Positions 1 through 8,746 of a DNA stretch of 32,000 nt are shown piece after piece. Each line of letters begins with the position of its first letter. Positions within the stretch are counted from its first letter, which is position 1. The stretch is from Candidatus Tiddalikarchaeum anstoanum (GTDB lineage Archaea; Nanobdellota; Nanobdellia; Tiddalikarchaeales; Tiddalikarchaeaceae). The DNA is taken from positions 50,496 to 82,495 of the forward strand of contig CABMEV010000001.1 of assembly GCA_902385255.1 (NCBI GenBank). The letters are read 5' to 3'. The translations under genes and the position numbers were made by a program. Under the pieces are notes generated by a model. The model was not told the DNA's origin. It saw only the letters and a program-made list of their open reading frames with translations, and ran no database searches.

Positions 1-344
1 TTGGAGATTCCGAGTATTATCTCGTTATTTTTCATGAGCGCTATTTATGTTGCGAATAAAGGGAGATTTCTCATATAATTCTTTGTTCCGTCAACGGGGT
101 CAATAATCCATTTATACTCAGATTCGGATTTAGTTCTTCCTAATTCTTCTCATATGAATCCGTGTTCCGGGAAAGTTTTCTTTATAGTTTCTATTAATAT
201 TTTTTCAGCTTCTATTTCAGCAAGGGTTACCGGCGACTTGTCTTCTTTTAAATCAGCGCTAGTTTTGCCATAATACTTCATGATTAATTTTTCTGCCTTT
301 TTGACTGCGAGGAGTCCGACTTTCAAGAATTCGCTTTTTGGCAT
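1..344 (-). pseudogene. Inositol monophosphatase/FBPase (SuhB-like) family gene, 5' part (runs off window start), interrupted by in-frame TGA (150..152) and TAA (45..47)
   Basis: One reverse-strand frame reads ...TFPEHGFI*EELGRTKSESEYKWIIDPVDGTKNYMRNLPLFAT*IALMKNNEIILGIS. This contains the IMPase WxxDPxDGTxN metal-binding motif and the FAxSIAL segment. The two stops sit where family members usually have G/S and S. Confidence 0.7.
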
Positions 345-390
345 AAAACTATCTGATAATTAAATAGAATAAAAACTTTTAGCTTTATTT

Positions 391-1035
391 TTATATGAAT
401 TTAAAATCAAAATATTTTAGTTCATTTTCGTCGTTCTTGTATTTCTTGCTTAGTTCCAAGGCTGAAGATAGTAATATTTTCTCTCCTTCGGTTAATATCT
501 TATCATGTTCAATAATCCATCCTTTGAAGAATGATTCGAACAGGAAAGACTGTATATTCTCAATTAGTGTTGTGTCGCCGTAGTAATCCTTAAGCACGAT
601 ATGTGTGTTTTTCATGAGTGTGTAAGCATCTCTGAATGAAACTGGTGCGTATTTAGAATACTCCCAGTCAATAACTCTTATTTCAGTTAAGTCTTGGTTT
701 AATATTATGTTGCTTGCTTCGAAATCATTATGTTGTACTCCTATCTTGTTAAAGAAACAGCAGACGGAGCCTATTTTTTCATATATGTTTAATAAATTTT
801 TTACGTCTTTGGGTTCGAATTCGTCATATTTTAGAAGAGACATTATTTCACTATTATGTTCAAGTATCTTGTTTAGTCTGTATCCATTAATATGTTCGGT
901 GTATACTTTGCCTTGCCTGAACGTTAATATCCTAGGTATAACTCTTTTTTCGCTTAAGTAAGCTAAGTGGGGTATCTTGTTCTCGTTTTCAATTTTCAAA
1001 TAAGGAACTATTAACTCCTCTAATATTCCATCCAT
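391..1035 (-). CDS. Choline/ethanolamine-kinase-like phosphotransferase (APH/ChoK fold)
   Basis: 214-aa ORF with VQHNDFEASNIIL...VIDWEYS, matching the HNDxxxxN catalytic loop plus IDWEY motif of the LicA/choline kinase/APH family. Confidence 0.6.
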   Translation of the reverse strand: MDGILEELIVPYLKIENENKIPHLAYLSEKRVIPRILTFRQGKVYTEHINGYRLNKILEHNSEIMSLLKYDEFEPKDVKNLLNIYEKIGSVCCFFNKIGVQHNDFEASNIILNQDLTEIRVIDWEYSKYAPVSFRDAYTLMKNTHIVLKDYYGDTTLIENIQSFLFESFFKGWIIEHDKILTEGEKILLSSALELSKKYKNDENELKYFDFKFI

Positions 1036-1135
1036 AATTTCCCTATTTTAATTGGATTAACGCCCTTATAAAACTTATTAATTAGTTAGACTAAATAGGA
1101 ATTTTTTTAAGTAAAAAAACTTTGAGTTCATTGAT

Positions 1136-1489
1136 GTGATGAATACTCCAAGAAATAGTATAAATCTTAATTATAGGAGTTCTTATAGTCTTATCCTAAC
1201 TGATGAATGCATTTCAGATTTGTTATGCGAATATTTGAAAGAGACTTTGCCAAAATATTTTAATAAGAATTTTACACTGTTAAGTGTTAAGAATAATCCT
1301 TTGATGAAAGGGCTGGTTGACAAGGACTTGGCTGATTTCTGCTATGATTATAACGGTGTGTTAATAACTGCCGATAAAGGTTTTTTTAACAAATATCTAG
1401 GTTATAAAATATTTTATTACGATGGATTATCATGGCGAAAGATAGTGCAAAAAACAGTCAAATATTTAACAATTAATTCTTTAAATTAA
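1136..1489 (+). CDS. Hypothetical protein, possibly a PIN-like DUF5615/Mut7-C-type domain
   Basis: 117-aa ORF. The pattern LILTDECIS...G..DKDL...GVLITADKGF resembles the small PIN-like family (DE..., then xLxTxDkdF). No partner antitoxin ORF is visible. Confidence 0.35.
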   Translation: MMNTPRNSINLNYRSSYSLILTDECISDLLCEYLKETLPKYFNKNFTLLSVKNNPLMKGLVDKDLADFCYDYNGVLITADKGFFNKYLGYKIFYYDGLSWRKIVQKTVKYLTINSLN

Positions 1490-1511
1490 AATCTTAAAAA
1501 AAGTTATCAAA

Positions 1512-1799
1512 TTATGCAGTTCTCTTTATCACGTGGTATCCGAACTGGGTTTTTACTGGCGCCTGAGTTATCTCCCCATTTTTCAGCTTTAACACTGCAG
1601 CTTCAAACTCTGGAACCATGTCGCCGTCATTGAAAACTCCCAAGTCACCGCCCTTCGCTTTGCTTGGGCAGATGGAATATTTCTGGGCAAGAAGTTCGAA
1701 CGCGTTAGGCTCTGTTGGGTGCTTCTTTAAATAATCAATTATAGCCTTAGCTGTCGCTTCATCCTTAACAAGTATATGGCTTGCTTTCATAATAGTCAT
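1512..1799 (-). CDS. Parvulin-type peptidyl-prolyl cis-trans isomerase
   Basis: 95 aa: ASHILVKDE...[20 protein letters not shown]...[13 protein letters not shown], a typical PpiC/parvulin single domain. Confidence 0.85.
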   Translation of the reverse strand: MTIMKASHILVKDEATAKAIIDYLKKHPTEPNAFELLAQKYSICPSKAKGGDLGVFNDGDMVPEFEAAVLKLKNGEITQAPVKTQFGYHVIKRTA

Positions 1800-1899
1800 A
1801 ATGAAAGAAAAATAAATCCGTAAATGTTTAAAAAATTATAGATTAGCTAGAAAACTTTATAACCAGCATATTCTAGATAATATTTCATGGACGAAACCT

Positions 1900-2691
1900 G
1901 TGGTCGCATTCCTATCCGACAATAAATCTTATTTAACTGACTTGTTAGACAATTATTCTGGTAAAAAATTCATTATCAAAATAGGAACGGAATCAGTGAA
2001 TAACATTAATATAGCCCGTTTATGCGACGTTACCAAATACGTAAACGAGAGAGGCGGAAGAACAATCATAGTCACATCAGGAGCAAAAGCAGCAGGTGAA
2101 ACAAGCCTAATCAAGCACGGAATAGATATAGAAAAAGAGGCATCTGAAGAGATAATACGAAAACAATTATGCTGCGCAGTAGGCCAGCCTTCGCTAATCT
2201 CAAAATACTCAGTAATGCTTGAAGAGTTCGGATACGTAGTAAGCCAGTATCTTCTCCCAAGCAACTTATCATACCTGCCTGCATTAAAGTTTAACCTGAA
2301 ATTTAAGAATATAATACCTGTCCTTAATTTTAACGACCCGTTGGAGAACTTGGAATTAGAAAATGTGAAATTACTCTCGGACAATGACCGGCTGGCAGCG
2401 ACTGTAGGCGCAGTAATTAATTGCGACTTGTTAATATTACTCACGAGTGTTGGAGGACTGTTCGAACATTACAATGAAAAAAATCAAACCCTTGTGAACA
2501 TGATTCATTACATGGATGCTAAACTCTTAGTTACAGACAGTAAGACTAATAACGGCACAGGCGGAATGGCGTCGAAAATAGAAGCATGCGAGATATTCAA
2601 AAAAGACGTGCTCATAACAAGCCCTGAAAACTTATTAGACGTGTTAAAATTTAACAGCGACAAGTACACCATACTAAGATATAAGAAATGA
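1900..2691 (+). CDS. proB: Glutamate 5-kinase-like amino-acid kinase (no PUA domain)
   Basis: FIIKIGTESV, IIVTSGAKAAG, AVGQPSLI, LNFND...SDNDRLAATV...DLLILLTSVGGLF and GTGGMASKIEA match ProB motifs. GTG start; no proA adjacent. Confidence 0.7.
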   Translation: MVAFLSDNKSYLTDLLDNYSGKKFIIKIGTESVNNINIARLCDVTKYVNERGGRTIIVTSGAKAAGETSLIKHGIDIEKEASEEIIRKQLCCAVGQPSLISKYSVMLEEFGYVVSQYLLPSNLSYLPALKFNLKFKNIIPVLNFNDPLENLELENVKLLSDNDRLAATVGAVINCDLLILLTSVGGLFEHYNEKNQTLVNMIHYMDAKLLVTDSKTNNGTGGMASKIEACEIFKKDVLITSPENLLDVLKFNSDKYTILRYKK

Positions 2692-2749
2692 ATAATAAAA
2701 AAAATATTAATAAAAAATTTTCTTATTAGATAAGAACTAATTTCAGACT

Positions 2750-3094
2750 TTATTCTTCTGAGTCTTCACTGTCTTCTTCTAAATCTTCTGATTCTTCACT
2801 TTCGAACTCGTCTTCTTTAGGTTTCTCTTTCTTCTCTGTTTTTTCGAATGATTTTTTAGGTGCGAAAGATTCTCTTGGTCCTGATCCTGAACTGCCTTTG
2901 TTCTTTAAATAACATTCTTTACAGTAAACAGGTGCTCCTTCTCTAGGTTTGAAAGGTACTTCTGCATCTTTTCCGCAAGCTGTACATTTTACTTTGTGCA
3001 TTTCTCTTGGTCCGCCGAAGCTTCTTCTACCGCCAAAGCCGCCGCTTCTACCGCCGCCGCCAAAACTCTTTCGTTCTCTTCCTTCGTAAGGCAT
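2750..3094 (-). CDS. CxxC-x17-CxxC zinc-ribbon protein with RGG-rich N-terminus and acidic C-terminal tail
   Basis: KCTACGKDAEVPFKPREGAPVYCKECY core, flanked by GGGGRSGGFGGRR and EDEFESEESEDLEEDSEDSEE. Confidence 0.7.
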   Translation of the reverse strand: MPYEGRERKSFGGGGRSGGFGGRRSFGGPREMHKVKCTACGKDAEVPFKPREGAPVYCKECYLKNKGSSGSGPRESFAPKKSFEKTEKKEKPKEDEFESEESEDLEEDSEDSEE

Positions 3095-3199
3095 AACTAA
3101 ACTTTAACCCCCTTTAAATAAAAAGATACTATCAAGTCATTTATAAAACCTGCTATTCAATAATATTAATAAATATACAACGCCTTAAAACGCATAATT

Positions 3200-4474
3200 A
3201 TGAGATATGAAGACTTCATAAACTTAAAATACACCCCTAAAAGTGACGATTTAATCTGTTTATTCAGAATAACACCAACTAATGAGTTTACCTTGAAAGA
3301 AGCAGCGATACGCGTCGCCGCAGAATCAAGCAATGGCACATGGAGCGACTTGAAAGTCCCGGAGCATATTTACGAATTAAGCGCTAAAGCTTATGAAATC
3401 AAAAAAGACTTTGTCAAAATCGCATACCCAGTAGACTTGTTCGAACAAGGAAACATGCCGCAGATTTTGTCATCAATAGCCGGAAACATATTCGGAATGA
3501 AAGCAGTATCAGGCCTCAGGCTTGAAGATGTGAAATTCCCGGAGAAAATTATAAGGAGTTTTAAAGGACCGCAGTACGGCATCGACGGAGTACGTAAAAT
3601 ATTAAAAATAAAAAACAGGCCTATAACTATTACTGTTCCAAAACCAAAAGTAGGATATTATCCTGAAGAGCATGCCAAGATAGCATATGAAGCGTGGACT
3701 GGAGGAGTAGACTTGCTAAAAGATGACGAGAACTTGTCAGACCAGTCATTCAACAGGTTTGAGAAAAGACTAAAACTTTGCATGAAGATGAGGGAAAAAG
3801 CCGAGAAGGAAACGGGCGAAAAAAAAAGCTATCTGATTAATATCACTTCCGAAACTAATGAGATGATAAGGCGCGCCAAAATGGTCAAAGATTATGGCAA
3901 CGAGTATATAATGATAGATACTTTAACTGCAGGCTGGGCAGCAACCCAGACAGTAAGGGACGCTTGCCAGGATTTAAAACTAGCCATGCACGGCCACAGA
4001 GCATTTCATTCAGCATTTGACAGGAACCCTCTTCATGGTTTAAGCATGAAAGTGGTAACCAGCGTTGCAAGGATGCAGGGAATAGACCAGCTGCATATTG
4101 GAGGAATGGGAAAACTTGCAGGCGATGAGGAAGAGGTTGAATCAAATTTTGAAAAGTGCTAATTAGATTCGAACGCTGAAAATGAAACAATGCTGCCGCA
4201 GGAATGGTTCGGCAAGAAGAAGATGCTAAGCATATGCTCAGGAGGGCTTCATGTCGGAATATTAAAACCAGTATTCGACCTCCTTGGAACTAATATTGGA
4301 GTTCAGATAGGAGGAGGCATACACAGCCACCCTGATGGGACTCACGCAGGAGCAATGGCAGTCAGGCAAGCAATCGATGCTTACATGAAAGATATTGCTA
4401 TAGAAGAATACGCGGAGAAGAATAAGGAGCTCAAAAGAGCATTAGACAAGTGGGGAACAAAAGTATACGAATAA
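3200..4474 (+). CDS. rbcL: Form III-type RuBisCO large subunit, interrupted by one in-frame TAA at 4160..4162 (ORF segments 3200..4162 and 4190..4474, same frame)
   Basis: N-terminal YxxFxxLxYxPxxxDLI, PKPKVG (KPK), LLKDDENL, HGHRAFH, GMGKLAGD. After the stop: SGGLHVG and GGGIHSHPDG. Codons 4163..4189 (LDSNAENET) are open in the same frame. Confidence 0.85.
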
Positions 4475-4479
4475 AATTT

Positions 4480-5142
4480 TTAGATGTATTTTAATACATC
4501 ACTTATCTTATTCAATTCATAATCCGCTTTTTCTTTACCTTTTATGAACTGCCCATACTTTGCAAGGGCAGTTTTCATTCCTATCTTTTTCCCGCCCTTA
4601 ATATCCCTGTTTGGATTATCGCCAACGAATAATATTTCACAAGGTTTGATATGCAGTGTATTAACAACTTTCTTGAAAGGAATAAGATTAGGCTTCCTGT
4701 GGCGCGTATCTTCGAAAGTGATTACGCAGTCGAAATAGTCAACTATTCCAAGATTAGTCAGCCTCACCCAAGCCTTCACTTTAGGAGTATCAGTTAACAC
4801 TCCGAGCTTTATGCCTTTTTTCTTAAGCGCTTTCAAAGTCTTAACGACTCCATTGTAAGGCTTTACGACAAAATACCTTATCTGCCTATACGCTACGATT
4901 GCAGCGCCGAGTATCTTATAATCAACTACGCCGTTTACGTGTTTTAAGAACGCCTGAAAAATAGTCTTGCTCTCGTAAAAACTTTTCCTATAAATCTTCA
5001 TCAGAATGTCATAAGCATCCTCGCTGTCCATCTCTAAACCTGCCTTAATCATAGCTTTAATAGCTGCATTTACGCAAGCAGTTTTTATCTTAACATAATC
5101 AGTCAAAGTATTGTCTATATCAAAAAGGACAGCGCGTATCAT
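4480..5142 (-). CDS. HAD-superfamily hydrolase (subfamily IA-like phosphatase)
   Basis: MIRAVLFDIDNTLTDY (DxDxT), GVLTDTPK, VGDNPNRDIKGGKKIGMKT. Start placed at the Met just before the DxD motif. Confidence 0.8.
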   Translation of the reverse strand: MIRAVLFDIDNTLTDYVKIKTACVNAAIKAMIKAGLEMDSEDAYDILMKIYRKSFYESKTIFQAFLKHVNGVVDYKILGAAIVAYRQIRYFVVKPYNGVVKTLKALKKKGIKLGVLTDTPKVKAWVRLTNLGIVDYFDCVITFEDTRHRKPNLIPFKKVVNTLHIKPCEILFVGDNPNRDIKGGKKIGMKTALAKYGQFIKGKEKADYELNKISDVLKYI

Positions 5143-5179
5143 ACTATTTATTAAAATACAAATTAACATTAAGAATATT

Positions 5180-5773
5180 ATGATTAATCCAAAAAGGTTC
5201 GAGCAGATAAAGAACCAATTAGAAAAGAAGTATCCTTTGTTTGAATTTTTAGGAACGGGAATGCGAAGCGAGGTTTACAGATTAAACAAAAATCTTGTTG
5301 TTAAGATTGAACGTGACGATACTGATTCAAAAGACAGGATTAAAAACGAATACGACACCCTGAACATTTTAAAGAAGTATAAGTATTTTCCGAAACCATT
5401 TGACTATAATCCGAAGCTCAAGTATTTGATAAGAGATTACGTGGGCGGCGATTTGATAAAGGATGTCTTTGATAAAGAGATTTTCATAAACTGCTTAAAA
5501 TTGTGCAGGTGCCTTGACACTGAAGGGATTAACCAGTCCGAATTAAACAATCCTTACAAGCACATATTTATTGCAAAAGATAAGATTATGATGATAGATT
5601 TCGAGAGGGCAAGAAAGATGAAGAACCCGCATAACGTTTCACAATTCATAGCTTACATAATGAAAAAATACAGAATAAAGGATGACATCCTGATAAACTT
5701 GGTTAAGGAGTATAAGAAAAAATATGATGAGGCTAGTTTTAAGCGCATACTAGAACGAATTACTTCTTTTTAA
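5180..5773 (+). CDS. Small RIO/Bud32-like putative Ser/Thr protein kinase (archaeal COG2112-type)
   Basis: LGTGMRSEVYRL..VVKIER, GINQSELNNPYKHIFI, MMIDFERAR. Start placed at MINPKRF rather than the longer ORF start that overlaps the divergent HAD gene. Confidence 0.6.
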   Translation: MINPKRFEQIKNQLEKKYPLFEFLGTGMRSEVYRLNKNLVVKIERDDTDSKDRIKNEYDTLNILKKYKYFPKPFDYNPKLKYLIRDYVGGDLIKDVFDKEIFINCLKLCRCLDTEGINQSELNNPYKHIFIAKDKIMMIDFERARKMKNPHNVSQFIAYIMKKYRIKDDILINLVKEYKKKYDEASFKRILERITSF

Positions 5774-6023
5774 TTTCATCATTATTCTTGATACGTATAC
5801 CATACATTGAGAAGTACGCATATCCTGCGATTAATCCTGCAATGTAAGCTATTAAGGCTTCAAGTATTATCCAGAACAGGAATATGTACTTGTAAGTAAT
5901 AACGCTTAAAGAGCCGGCGAATAATGACAAGAAAACCAGTATTACTGATATGAACCCGACTAGTTCCGCCTTTATGTTAACATTCTTATTTATCCAATTT
6001 ACTATTTTTTTCCCAAAAACCAT
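5760..6023 (-). CDS. Small membrane protein (2-3 predicted TM helices)
   Basis: 87-aa ORF dominated by hydrophobic stretches; no recognisable family. Confidence 0.45.
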   Translation of the reverse strand: MVFGKKIVNWINKNVNIKAELVGFISVILVFLSLFAGSLSVITYKYIFLFWIILEALIAYIAGLIAGYAYFSMYGIRIKNNDEIKKK

Positions 6024-6094
6024 AAAAAGTACTAGATGCCTGTTATTTATAAAAATTGAGTAGGTTTAAAAATAATCATACTTTTCTTTAAATT

Positions 6095-7093
6095 GTGGAA
6101 AATAAAAAAACAGTGTTCTCGATATTCACTCTAATTCTGGGTATACTGCTTTTTATAATAACAGGCAGGTTCATCATCATAATACTGACTAGTATTTTCA
6201 TAAGTTTCCTAATCAGGCCGTTGTATAAATTAGTCAAAAAAGCAATCAAAAACAGCACCATAAGCGCAGTAGTGTCCGAACTATTAACACTATCCTTAAT
6301 ATTTTACATAACCTTCTTCGTATTCAACAGTGTATATTATCAGATAAAACTCCTTGGTTCATCATTCATAACTGAGACATTATTCAACGTTAACGAGTCA
6401 TTGTTTAATAACTCTGCAAATCTGGATTTTAACAACTTATTAACACTTGAAACTTTTAACAACTCGCTTAGTTTCCTGCAAAGTGTAATAACCAATACGC
6501 CACTCCTCATACTTGACATCTTCCTAATCATCTTCCTGTCTTATTATTTCATAAAAGACTCTGAATTAATCCAGGATACTATTCTTAACATGATTCCAGC
6601 CAGGCATAAAGAGCCGATAATACGATTTTTAAAAAGGTCAAAGAGCATCAGTGAAGAAATACTTTACAGTTACTTCCTAACTGCATTATTCGTCGGATTA
6701 TTATTGTTCATACTGTTAAACATGCTGAACGTTCATTTCTCGCTTGACTATGCAATCTTTGCAGCTATCGCTTCGTTGTTCCCGATTATAGGCACGTGGA
6801 TAGTGCCTGTCTTTTTGGCAATTTATTTCTTTTTCAGAAGCAATTACTTTGTCGGAGTTATATTATTGATTTACGCAGTCCTCATAGTGTACATAACTAA
6901 TGTTTTCAGGTTTATTATTAAACGAACGCATGAAAAAGTCCACCCTTTGCTTTTCATAATGGGTGTATTCGTCGGATTTTATTCGCTGGGCTTTCTCGGA
7001 TTCCTGACTGGCCCTATAATTTTTGGAATACTGCAAATAGGATTTGAAGAAGTTTTCAGGGAATACCTTAAAAATGCCAAGAAAAAGCCTTAG
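6095..7093 (+). CDS. AI-2E family (PerM/UPF0118) transporter-like membrane protein
   Basis: 332 aa, multi-TM, with a C-terminal G-rich helix region FIMGVFVGFYSLGFLGFLTGPIIFGIL typical of the family. GTG start, TAG stop. Confidence 0.55.
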   Translation: MENKKTVFSIFTLILGILLFIITGRFIIIILTSIFISFLIRPLYKLVKKAIKNSTISAVVSELLTLSLIFYITFFVFNSVYYQIKLLGSSFITETLFNVNESLFNNSANLDFNNLLTLETFNNSLSFLQSVITNTPLLILDIFLIIFLSYYFIKDSELIQDTILNMIPARHKEPIIRFLKRSKSISEEILYSYFLTALFVGLLLFILLNMLNVHFSLDYAIFAAIASLFPIIGTWIVPVFLAIYFFFRSNYFVGVILLIYAVLIVYITNVFRFIIKRTHEKVHPLLFIMGVFVGFYSLGFLGFLTGPIIFGILQIGFEEVFREYLKNAKKKP

Positions 7094-7135
7094 AAAGGTT
7101 TAAATAAGAGGTCATACATATCTATTCTTTTTATT

Positions 7136-7303
7136 ATGAAGTGCGATATTTGCAAGAAAGGTAAAAGAAAAGTTTACAAGTGCAAGGAATGCAACCAGTT
7201 ATTTTGTGACGAGTGCGGGGACGCTAAACAACCAATGTGCGAGTTCTGTATAAAGTTCCAGGAAAATCAAAAATATACGGAAGAAATACCTCAACAAGAA
7301 TAA
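7136..7303 (+). CDS. 55-aa four-CxxC zinc-finger protein (below ORF-track cut-off)
   Basis: ATG 7136; translation MKCDICKKGKRKVYKCKECNQLFCDECGDAKQPMCEFCIKFQENQKYTEEIPQQE; TAA at 7301..7303. Eight Cys in four CxxC pairs. Confidence 0.55.
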   Translation: MKCDICKKGKRKVYKCKECNQLFCDECGDAKQPMCEFCIKFQENQKYTEEIPQQE

Positions 7304-7336
7304 AATATATAAAAGACGCATATGTATTAAATTCTT

Positions 7337-7576
7337 ATGACTAGTGGACCTACTTCAAAAGGATGGATTGTTAGATTAATTCTTGGTTTGATTATTTTTA
7401 CACTCATAGTAAGTGTTAAAATGATAATAATGGCTAATTTGGAGAGATTAGGATTTTCTTTCTTTGACGCAAATGCCATTAGAACAACTTGGAACAGCTT
7501 CAGCTTAGAGTTAGTATTCTATCTGATCGCAATGCTTATAAGTATGATTTCAGCGTTGTTAATAAACATTAAGTGA
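7337..7576 (+). CDS. Small membrane protein
   Basis: 79-aa ORF with two hydrophobic helices. Confidence 0.45.
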   Translation: MTSGPTSKGWIVRLILGLIIFTLIVSVKMIIMANLERLGFSFFDANAIRTTWNSFSLELVFYLIAMLISMISALLINIK

Positions 7577-7589
7577 ATGTTTTAATAAA

Positions 7590-7769
7590 ATGAAGAATAT
7601 CCTTGTATTAATCGGGGCTGTAATATTCATAGGCCAGGTGATGGTATGGTTTGTACTATCTTCGCTGCCTATAGTCAGAACACTGCCCTTAATCGTATTC
7701 GCACCATTAACGGGGTTGTCACTATTATTCTTTATTAGTGCTTCAACTCCACCCAATCTTAACAGATAA
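7590..7769 (+). CDS. 59-aa membrane peptide (alternative to antisense ORF 7559..7786)
   Basis: MKNILVLIGAVIFIGQVMVWFVLSSLPIVRTLPLIVFAPLTGLSLLFFISASTPPNLNR. Two clean TM helices, same strand as the preceding membrane ORF. The antisense 75-aa ORF starts at TTG and looks non-protein-like. Confidence 0.35.
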   Translation: MKNILVLIGAVIFIGQVMVWFVLSSLPIVRTLPLIVFAPLTGLSLLFFISASTPPNLNR

Positions 7770-8312
7770 CATTTTCTTTTTAACAAGATTTATTTCTGCA
7801 ATTATTTCTTTCTTTCTTCTTTCATTATTAGCCTCTGATAATGGTTTAGAACAGTTTATGCATAAGAAATTATTATTAACTGCTTTTTCAAAATTAAGTA
7901 TGTTTCTGCACGTGCTGCACTCATATGTTTGTTCCGGTGTTTCTAAACAGTCAAGTTCGTCATATAATGATTTAATATAATTGTTGTAGTTCTTGATGGA
8001 CATGTTAAGCAGGTCGTCAACATGCAGGCTCCACTCGCTGTCATGGTTGTTAAAACGGGAGTTTAACACTTTCTCGCACTTAATGTATCCTTTATTGTAA
8101 AGGTCATATATTGTGTTCTTTGATAATGAATCATTGCAGAATGAGACATCGTTGAGAAAGAAGGATAACTTTTTTTTATCCAACTCTATCTCTGCCGAGT
8201 TTCCTTTAACCAGGAAATTATATTTCTGGCTGCATTTTTCACATGAGAATTTGAAGTCTTCTAAGTCAATTTTTAATACAAGAGGGGTTTTACATTTTAA
8301 GCAAGTGACCAT
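7743..8312 (-). CDS. Zinc-ribbon protein with a TFE (TFIIE-alpha)-like C-terminal ribbon and an extra N-terminal ribbon
   Basis: C-terminal YECSTCRNILNFEKAVNNNFLCINCSKPL matches the TFE pattern YxCxxC...F(E/D)xA....FxCxxC..L. The N-terminus has CLKC...CEKC. Confidence 0.4.
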   Translation of the reverse strand: MVTCLKCKTPLVLKIDLEDFKFSCEKCSQKYNFLVKGNSAEIELDKKKLSFFLNDVSFCNDSLSKNTIYDLYNKGYIKCEKVLNSRFNNHDSEWSLHVDDLLNMSIKNYNNYIKSLYDELDCLETPEQTYECSTCRNILNFEKAVNNNFLCINCSKPLSEANNERRKKEIIAEINLVKKKMLSVKIGWS

Positions 8313-8361
8313 ATTAATTTACTTCTAGTCCAAGTTAAGAAAAAAATCTCTTTAAATACTT

Positions 8362-8559
8362 TTAGTCCTTGAAGAACGCGTTTCTCACTGAATTCTTTAT
8401 CATTTTAAGCAGGAAATGCCAAAGCATGCTTAGTGTTAAAGGGAAAAGAATGTCTTTAATCAATGCAAATCCTATGACTGCAACTATTATCGCGATTATT
8501 GATATTATAAGCATGGTATAAAAGAATTTTGTATTATTCACTTTTTTTTTAAAGAACAT
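8362..8559 (-). CDS. Small membrane protein
   Basis: 65-aa ORF with two hydrophobic segments. TTTATAAAA box at 8582..8590, about 27 nt upstream of its ATG. Confidence 0.4.
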   Translation of the reverse strand: MFFKKKVNNTKFFYTMLIISIIAIIVAVIGFALIKDILFPLTLSMLWHFLLKMIKNSVRNAFFKD

Positions 8560-8746
8560 AACAATATAATGTTGCTGGATATTTATAAAATTATTCTATA
8601 GAAACTTTTTTAAACTTGAACATTTCTCTTTCAAATTCTAAGTTATCGCAGCCATTAACCATTTGGAAAGGGGGTATTTTATACCCCCAATCCATACTTT
8701 TTTTTTAAATAAGTTATTTAATTAGTGCTTTATTCTCTATTATTTT

